DNA of 64,000 nucleotides from an uncultured Hyphomicrobiaceae bacterium (GTDB taxonomy: Bacteria; Pseudomonadota; Alphaproteobacteria; Rhizobiales; CALHAX01): the NCBI GenBank assembly GCA_937931785.1, contig CALHAX010000008.1, positions 7,892 to 71,891 of the forward strand, in the 5' to 3' direction. The notes beneath the pieces are model-generated. The model saw only the letters and a program-made list of their open reading frames with translations. It searched no databases and was not told the origin of the DNA. A program made the translations under genes and the position numbers. Below, in pieces: positions 57,880 through 64,000 of the stretch; position 1 is the stretch's first letter; every line of letters starts with the position of its first letter.

Positions 57880-58881
57880 ATGACCGTAACGGAACAAACA
57901 TCGATGGCGGCGCTAACAACGCGGTTCCTCGAGATGCTGAGTGCGGAGCGGGGCGCCTCACCGCACACTTTGAGCGCGTATCAGCGCGACCTGGACGCAT
58001 TTGGTGAATTTCTTGTCCAGCGCAAGACCCGCCCAATGGCAGCAACCGCAGATGATATCAGCGCGCACCTGCACGCGCTTTCTGCCTCCGGGCTTGCCGT
58101 GTCGTCCCGGTCGCGGAAACTCTCTGCAATCCGTCAGTTTTTCCGCTTTCTTGTGGCCGAGGAGATCATAGCGGAAGATCCTGCGCGCCATGTCGATGGC
58201 CCACGTAGAGAACGGCCACTGCCAAAAACATTAACTGTGGAGGAGGTTGATCGCCTCCTCGCAACGGCACGCCGACAGATGGAACGTGCAACCGGCGCGC
58301 AGCGTCTCCAGTACATTCGGCTCTACTGCCTCCTGGAGGTTCTTTATGCGACCGGTCTGCGAGTCAGCGAGTTGGTGTCGCTCCAACGCATTGCCCTGAC
58401 TGGTGACGACTTCACGATCCCCATCAAGGGCAAGGGAGGGCGTGAGCGTCTGGTGCCGCTGCACAAACCGGCCCGGGAAGCCATTGCACTCTACCTGAAG
58501 ACCGAGCGCGAGCAGAACGATGGCGAGAAAGCCGACACGCCCTGGCTCTTTCCGTCGCGAGGTCAGTTGGGCCATCTGACACGCCAGAGGCTCGCTCAGG
58601 AACTCAAGGAACTCGCTCTAAGCGCGGGACTTGCGCCAGAAAAACTCTCTCCCCATGTACTAAGGCACGCGTTTGCAAGCCATTTGCTGGATCGTGGAGC
58701 CGATTTGCGGTCCGTCCAACAACTTCTAGGGCATGCAGACATTTCGACAACCCAGATTTATACCCATGTCCTTGAAGAGCGGCTCAAGGCCATCGTTTAC
58801 GAAAATCATCCACTCGCAAAGCAGGGCATTCGGAAAACTGTTAGGGAAGAAGACCCTGAGGGTGGAGGGTCTGGCGCTTGA
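57880..58881 (+). CDS. xerD: Tyrosine recombinase XerD
   Basis: FLEML.AERGAS..T..AY.RDL, LYATGLRVSELV, GKGGRER, SPHVLRHAFASHLL..GADLR.VQ.LLGHADISTTQIYTHV. Confidence 0.93.
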   Translation: MTVTEQTSMAALTTRFLEMLSAERGASPHTLSAYQRDLDAFGEFLVQRKTRPMAATADDISAHLHALSASGLAVSSRSRKLSAIRQFFRFLVAEEIIAEDPARHVDGPRRERPLPKTLTVEEVDRLLATARRQMERATGAQRLQYIRLYCLLEVLYATGLRVSELVSLQRIALTGDDFTIPIKGKGGRERLVPLHKPAREAIALYLKTEREQNDGEKADTPWLFPSRGQLGHLTRQRLAQELKELALSAGLAPEKLSPHVLRHAFASHLLDRGADLRSVQQLLGHADISTTQIYTHVLEERLKAIVYENHPLAKQGIRKTVREEDPEGGGSGA

Positions 58882-58950
58882 CAGCCAGTACTGCTGCAAG
58901 GCACGTCACCTGACATAGGACGACGACACGACAAGGATTACGCGCAGACC

Positions 58951-59904
58951 ATGCGGACATATCTTGATTTTGAAAAACCCGTCGCAGAGCTTGAGCGAAA
59001 GGTTTCCGAACTGCGTGCGCTCGCCGACGAGGACGAAAGCGTTTCTGTCAGTGACGAAATCGACGCGCTTGAGGAAAAAGCCCGAAAGGCCTTGGAGACG
59101 ACCTATGCCAAACTGACGCCCTGGCAAAAAACGCGCGTGGCCCGGCACGAAGATCGTCCGCATTTCACCAACTATATTCAAGAGCTCTTTGAAGATTTCA
59201 CCCCGCTTGCCGGGGACCGTTACTTCGCTGAAGATTGCGCAATCCTCGGCGGGCCCGCACGGTTTCGCGGCCGGGCCGTTCTGGTTATGGGGCACGAAAA
59301 GGGTTCGGACACAAAATCTCGCGTCAGCCACAACTTTGGCATGGCCCGTCCGGAGGGCTATCGCAAGGCTGTGCGCCTCATGGAACTGGCTGAGAAATTC
59401 TCGCTCCCGGTGATCACGCTGGTTGACACAGCCGGGGCCTATCCAGGCATCGGTGCAGAGGAACGCGGTCAGTCGGAAGCAATTGCACGATCCACGGATT
59501 GTTGTCTCGGTCTGAAGGTGCCCGTGATTACTGTTGTTATCGGCGAAGGGGGATCGGGCGGTGCTGTGGCGATTGCGACAGCAAACAAGGTTATGATGCT
59601 GGAGCACTCGATTTACACGGTGGCGTCACCGGAAGCAGCCGCATCGATCCTGTGGCGGGATTCAGATCGTGCGATTGATGCCGCTACAAACATGAAGATC
59701 ACAGCGCAGGATCTCTATGGTCTTGGCGTAATTGACCGCATCATTATCGAGCCAATCGGTGGAGCACATCGCGACCCGGAACGGGCGATGCAGGATACAG
59801 GCGACGAGATCGAGTCCATCCTGGACGACTTCGAAAAAATGTCGCCTGACGAGATCCGTGATCAGCGTCATGAAAAATTCATGGCGATCGGGCGCACGTT
59901 ATAG
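58951..59904 (+). CDS. accA: Acetyl-CoA carboxylase carboxyltransferase alpha subunit
   Basis: [43 protein letters not shown]. Confidence 0.97.
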   Translation: MRTYLDFEKPVAELERKVSELRALADEDESVSVSDEIDALEEKARKALETTYAKLTPWQKTRVARHEDRPHFTNYIQELFEDFTPLAGDRYFAEDCAILGGPARFRGRAVLVMGHEKGSDTKSRVSHNFGMARPEGYRKAVRLMELAEKFSLPVITLVDTAGAYPGIGAEERGQSEAIARSTDCCLGLKVPVITVVIGEGGSGGAVAIATANKVMMLEHSIYTVASPEAAASILWRDSDRAIDAATNMKITAQDLYGLGVIDRIIIEPIGGAHRDPERAMQDTGDEIESILDDFEKMSPDEIRDQRHEKFMAIGRTL

Positions 59905-60099
59905 TTGCGCGGATCATAACCACGCCCGCAAATCACCACGCTTTTCTGCTGAATGCATGCCTTCACATGACTGTGAGTGTAGGGCGGCGTGACGTTGGCC
60001 GATCTCCGTTTACGGTTTAGTAACGATATATCCGCGATGCTGAGTCGTTCAGTATTGCGTAAACCTGTCGGGAGTCGCCGCACGGCGATGGGGCAAACA

Positions 60100-60984
60100 A
60101 TGAGCATGCGTCTGTTTCACCGTCGCACAGCGACAGGCCTGAGATGTCTTGTGGTTGGAGCGGCAGCGATGATGCTGGCGGCGTGTGGGCAGGGCATTCC
60201 ACCTCACATGAAGCCGATTCCGAAAGAGGCCATGCACCTCATGGCCAGCAAAGGCATGCGCAATGCCGATCCGATTTTCATCCGCATCTTCAAGGAAGAG
60301 TCCGAGTTGGAAGTCTGGAAGAAGCGCTCCGATGGAAAGTTCCATCACTTCAAGACCTATCCGATTTGCAATTATTCGGGTGCGCTGGGTCCGAAGTTGA
60401 AACAGGGTGACCGGCAGAGCCCGGAAGGGTTCTACACGGTCTCGTCCGGACAACTGAATCCAAACAGCGACTATCATCTGGCCTTCAATCTTGGTTTCCC
60501 GAACCGTTTCGACAGGTCGCGCGGATATACGGGAAACTACCTGATGGTACATGGTGATTGCACGTCGGCTGGGTGTTACGCCATGACAGATGCTCTGATT
60601 GAGGAGCTTTATGCACTGGTGCGCGACGCGCTAGCCAACGGTCAGGACAAATTTCACGTTCACGCGTTCCCGTTCCGCATGACGGATGAAAATTTTGCCA
60701 GACATCGGCGGAACAAGTGGGCTGGATTCTGGGCTCAACTTAAACCGGGTTACGAACATTTCGAGGTTACGCGGCAAGTTCCTGACGTTCAGGTTTGCTC
60801 AAGACGCTATCTTGTGAACGCGAAATTTACCCGGAAACCCGGAAAATTACGTGCGGATGGCCCATGTCCGCCCTACACACGCGTGACGCCGCAGCAATGG
60901 CTTGCTGCAAACTCCGTGACGCCGGATCAATCGCCATTATCTGCTAAATGGGACTCCATAACCAGCGCCACCAAAACGCAATAA
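60100..60984 (+). CDS. L,D-transpeptidase-family lipoprotein (YafK/DpaA-like); start uncertain
   Basis: Lipobox LAAC, IRIFKEESELEVW, GDRQSPEGFY, VHGDCTSAGCYAM. Confidence 0.9.
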   Translation: MSMRLFHRRTATGLRCLVVGAAAMMLAACGQGIPPHMKPIPKEAMHLMASKGMRNADPIFIRIFKEESELEVWKKRSDGKFHHFKTYPICNYSGALGPKLKQGDRQSPEGFYTVSSGQLNPNSDYHLAFNLGFPNRFDRSRGYTGNYLMVHGDCTSAGCYAMTDALIEELYALVRDALANGQDKFHVHAFPFRMTDENFARHRRNKWAGFWAQLKPGYEHFEVTRQVPDVQVCSRRYLVNAKFTRKPGKLRADGPCPPYTRVTPQQWLAANSVTPDQSPLSAKWDSITSATKTQ

Positions 60985-61213
60985 CGCACCACGCAAAAAC
61001 TCTCCAGCTTGCGCTAGAGAGCGTTACGACTTAAGGCGACTTCTGCGAAGTAGAGGCGCTATAAAGGTCTCTGCGATGTGAGGTAGGGATGGACCCCGAC
61101 CTCTCGGAAGTTTTGCGAAAGCCTATAGCGCGTCTGATTCAAATGGAATCATGACGCGACGCCCCAGGTAGCTCCACAGACATCCCGGTGTCTCCATTTA
61201 AGTCGGGTACACC

Positions 61214-61528
61214 CTAGTCGTAATAGCGATGCAGGCAGCGCTTGTACTTGGCCCACCAGAAGTGGCGGCCCGTGCGTTTCGCTTTTTTCTTAAGGAAATG
61301 GCATTTTTTTCCGTAACCACCTTCGACATGCTTGAAGTGCTTCTTGAAGCGAAATTTGAATTTGAACGTCCTGCCAGAACCGGCAGCACTGTCTGTGGTT
61401 GTCGTTGTTTGCGTGATCGGTGCTTCATGGGAGAGGGCTGCGTTGACGTCACTGGCTGATGCGGTTGCTGCGCCAGTGGTCAGCGTTGCGGTTGCGAGGA
61501 CAGTTGCGATGAAGGTTTTGTGAAACAT
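61214..61528 (-). CDS. Small secreted Lys/His/aromatic-rich protein with a Cys pair
   Basis: Signal peptide, FKFKFRFKKHFKH, CHFLKKKAKRTGRHFWWAKYKRC. Confidence 0.75.
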   Translation of the reverse strand: MFHKTFIATVLATATLTTGAATASASDVNAALSHEAPITQTTTTTDSAAGSGRTFKFKFRFKKHFKHVEGGYGKKCHFLKKKAKRTGRHFWWAKYKRCLHRYYD

Positions 61529-61807
61529 TGCCTTGATCCTTCGACTCTCCATTGGGTCCTCAGGTTGGGCCGCCATAGCTGCACGAACTTGCGCCTGTGC
61601 TTGTTTGTGAGGTGAGAGATACACCAGCGTGCAATCCGTAAATGTGACAAGGATCACGTATTTATGCATTTGCGAGAAAATGGCTGAACGGTGGACTTGG
61701 GCCGAAGCGGGCTATCATCACGTCTGAGTTGAGACGCCGCAGACGACAGGCTTCAAATCCGCTCCATCAGCGCCTAGTCTCGCAGAGCACGCTCAAGGAG
61801 CACACAC

Positions 61808-62506
61808 ATGTTTGACACATCATCCCCTCGCGACCGGATCATTCAGGCAACGCTGGCACTCGCCGCAGAACACGATTGGTCGGAGATCAGCTTCACTCGT
61901 ATCGCAGAAGATGCGGATGTGACGCTGGCGGATGCCCGAGGCCATTTCGACAGCCGCAGCGCGATCCTGAAAGCATTCAGTGCGGCAGTGGACAGCGAAG
62001 TCCTGAAACGCATGGCCGTGGACGGGGAAGCTGATGACGTTGCACGCGACCGCCTTTTCGATACGCTGATGACACGGTTCGAAATTCTGACGCCCTACAA
62101 AGTGGCCTTGCGACGCTTGAGCAAGGGGGCGTGGACCGACCCAGCGCTCAGCCTTGAACTCATGCCTGCCATTCTCAACGGTCAGCGCTGGATGTTGGAA
62201 GCTGCAGGTATTGCAACGGGTGGCGCATCTGGAAATGCCCGCGTGCTGGGCACGTCTGCAATCTATGCCCGCGTTGCGCGCACCTGGCTCGACGACGACG
62301 ATGTGGGAATGGCGAAAACCATGGCGGCGCTCGACAGTCGATTACGTCGTGGCGAAAAAACCATGGAGCGACTTGACGATGCCTGCTCACTGCTCAAAGG
62401 GTTTGGGAGTGTAATTTTCTCGCGCAGGCGTGAACGAAAGCCTGAGCCCGAAGCGCCGAAACCGAATGATGCACCTACGCCAACAGATACAATGGAACCC
62501 GCATAA
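61808..62506 (+). CDS. TetR/AcrR-like regulator
   Basis: AAGGAG RBS, N-terminal HTH-like region, RDRLFD.LM.RF..L.PYK, TMAALD..L.RGE. Confidence 0.8.
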   Translation: MFDTSSPRDRIIQATLALAAEHDWSEISFTRIAEDADVTLADARGHFDSRSAILKAFSAAVDSEVLKRMAVDGEADDVARDRLFDTLMTRFEILTPYKVALRRLSKGAWTDPALSLELMPAILNGQRWMLEAAGIATGGASGNARVLGTSAIYARVARTWLDDDDVGMAKTMAALDSRLRRGEKTMERLDDACSLLKGFGSVIFSRRRERKPEPEAPKPNDAPTPTDTMEPA

Positions 62507-62863
62507 ATGTCAGCAGGAAATCCCGCCCCGGAAATCACATTCGACGATTTCCTCAAGGTTGATATTCGTGTCGGCACCATTGTACGGGCGGAACCGTATC
62601 CGGAGGCTCGTGTCCCGGCGATCAAGCTATGGATCGATTTTGGGGCGGACATCGGCGAGAAAAAAACGTCAGCGCAGATTACCGCACACTACGATGTGGA
62701 AACGATTATCGGTCGACAGGTCGCAGCGGTTGTAAATTTCCCCCCCCGGCAGATCGGAAAGTTCATGTCGGAAGTCCTGACGCTCGGATTCCCGGATGAA
62801 GACGGTGGCGTGGTTCTGATTGCACCTGATAAAGAAGTGCCCAATGGAAGCCGGTTGCACTGA
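62507..62863 (+). CDS. csaA: tRNA-binding / export chaperone CsaA
   Basis: FDDFLKVDIRVGTI, KKTSAQIT, VVNFPPRQIGKFMSEVLTLG, VPNG..L. Confidence 0.93.
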   Translation: MSAGNPAPEITFDDFLKVDIRVGTIVRAEPYPEARVPAIKLWIDFGADIGEKKTSAQITAHYDVETIIGRQVAAVVNFPPRQIGKFMSEVLTLGFPDEDGGVVLIAPDKEVPNGSRLH

Positions 62864-63083
62864 GCAAAGATCATCTGACCCCTGCTGCAGTAGGGGAGCG
62901 CGGGATTGGCCAGCCCTTACGTGACAACGCGTGAAACCGTGTCAAAGGCGTCACGATCAACAGAATTGCACTCCCGCTGCGCAATTTATCATACCATAGC
63001 CACAAGTCTGGCAATCTTTCGCCACAGCACGCCTCACACAATCAACGAAATCTTGAAACTGATTGATCGAGGATGCCTCCCCC

Positions 63084-64000
63084 ATGCCCCTCATACCCGC
63101 CATGTTCCCCAGTCGTCGTCTCTTCCTTGCCGCCGCTGCAACCTTTTTGGTCACGCAGACCGCAGGCGTTTCAGCCAACTCTGGTCGCGATACCATTGAT
63201 GTCGATGCGCGTCTGAGTCAGCGCCTCCTCAAGGAGGGCGCAACCCAGCGCGTGTACCTGCGTATCGGTGTGAAAGGTCGACAAAGCGAAACGGCAACGC
63301 CCCGCACCCCGTCCAATATTTCGCTGGTGCTCGATCGGTCCGGTTCCATGCGTGGACCCAAGATGCAGAAGGCGCGCGAAGCCGCAAAGATCGCAATCAG
63401 TCGGCTTGGCGCTGGCGATATCGCTTCGGTCATCATGTTTGACAACAAGATAGATACGATCGTGGACGCACGTCCGGTCTCAGATCCGCGTGAATTTCGC
63501 TCTCGGATCGATACCATTCGCGCCCGAGGCAACACCGCGATCTATGCCGCTGTTGAGGAAGGCGCCCGTCAGATCAGACGCAACAAGACATCGCAGCGCC
63601 TGAACCGCATCATTCTCGTGTCAGACGGGCTTGCCAACGTTGGACCATCGAAGCCGGAGCATTTTGAAGCGCTCGGGCAGCGTCTTGGCGGCGAGGGCAT
63701 TTCGGTCACCACCATTGGTCTTGGCGAGCGCTACAACGAAGATCTGATGTCTCAACTTGCGGCAACCAGTGACGGCAATCATGCCTTCGCCCGAACCGCA
63801 CAGGATCTGACAAACTTCTTCAATCAGGAATTTGATGAACTGTTATCCGTGACGGGACAGGAAATCGAAATTATCATCCGCACAAGAGCAGGCGTAACAC
63901 CCTTGCGCACGGTCGGGCGGCAGGGACGAATTTCAGGCAACGAGACGCGATTGCGTCTCAACCAGATCTATGGAACGTCGGAATATTCATTACAACTGGA
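63084..64000 (+). CDS. vWA-domain protein (YfbK-like) with Tat-type signal, running off the window end
   Basis: Manually translated: SRRLFL twin-arginine motif, MIDAS LVLDRSGSM, VSDGLANVG, IGLG..YNEDLM. Confidence 0.88.
   Translation, partial: MPLIPAMFPSRRLFLAAAATFLVTQTAGVSANSGRDTIDVDARLSQRLLKEGATQRVYLRIGVKGRQSETATPRTPSNISLVLDRSGSMRGPKMQKAREAAKIAISRLGAGDIASVIMFDNKIDTIVDARPVSDPREFRSRIDTIRARGNTAIYAAVEEGARQIRRNKTSQRLNRIILVSDGLANVGPSKPEHFEALGQRLGGEGISVTTIGLGERYNEDLMSQLAATSDGNHAFARTAQDLTNFFNQEFDELLSVTGQEIEIIIRTRAGVTPLRTVGRQGRISGNETRLRLNQIYGTSEYSLQL

Noticed and set aside
57880-58881. Tyrosine recombinase as the integrase of a mobile element
   Set aside because: Sequence and the aroK/accA context identify housekeeping XerD.
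61250-61260. GGCCCACCAGA matching the tRNA 3' end (2173-2183) as an attR site
   Set aside because: Only 11 nt, inside a CDS, and the intervening 59 kb is full of core genes with no integrase.

Overview
Chromosomal segment of an alphaproteobacterium, most likely Hyphomicrobiales. This is inferred from the gene set and order (cca-nudix-DUF1285 facing moxR-DUF58-DUF4159; aroB-aroK facing xerD-accA-ldt; usg) and from CtrA-type boxes. It holds about 57 CDSs, one tRNA with a CAT anticodon (probably Ile2) and several terminators. I found no transposase, prophage, rRNA or CRISPR array. Most genes are core or common accessory functions. The items most worth follow-up are: (1) a ~1180-aa single-chain redox fusion (membrane Fe-S domain, [2Fe-2S] domain with Asp at one Cys position, FAD/NAD(P)H reductase, TM helix, putative periplasmic Cys-pair domain); (2) an orphan PilZ - ~570-aa acidic linker - REC protein; (3) a non-pyrrolysine MttB methyltransferase directly upstream of an StcD-like N-methylproline demethylase; (4) unannotated intergenic units: a multi-hairpin minus-strand sRNA candidate with a CUCCUCCCC loop, a 27-aa sORF behind a 12-nt perfect complement of the 16S 3' end, a CtrA box / structured leader / His-tailed sORF / terminator unit, and a 43-bp palindromic tandem repeat abutting the tRNA. 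All product calls come from motif recognition by eye. No database search was run.
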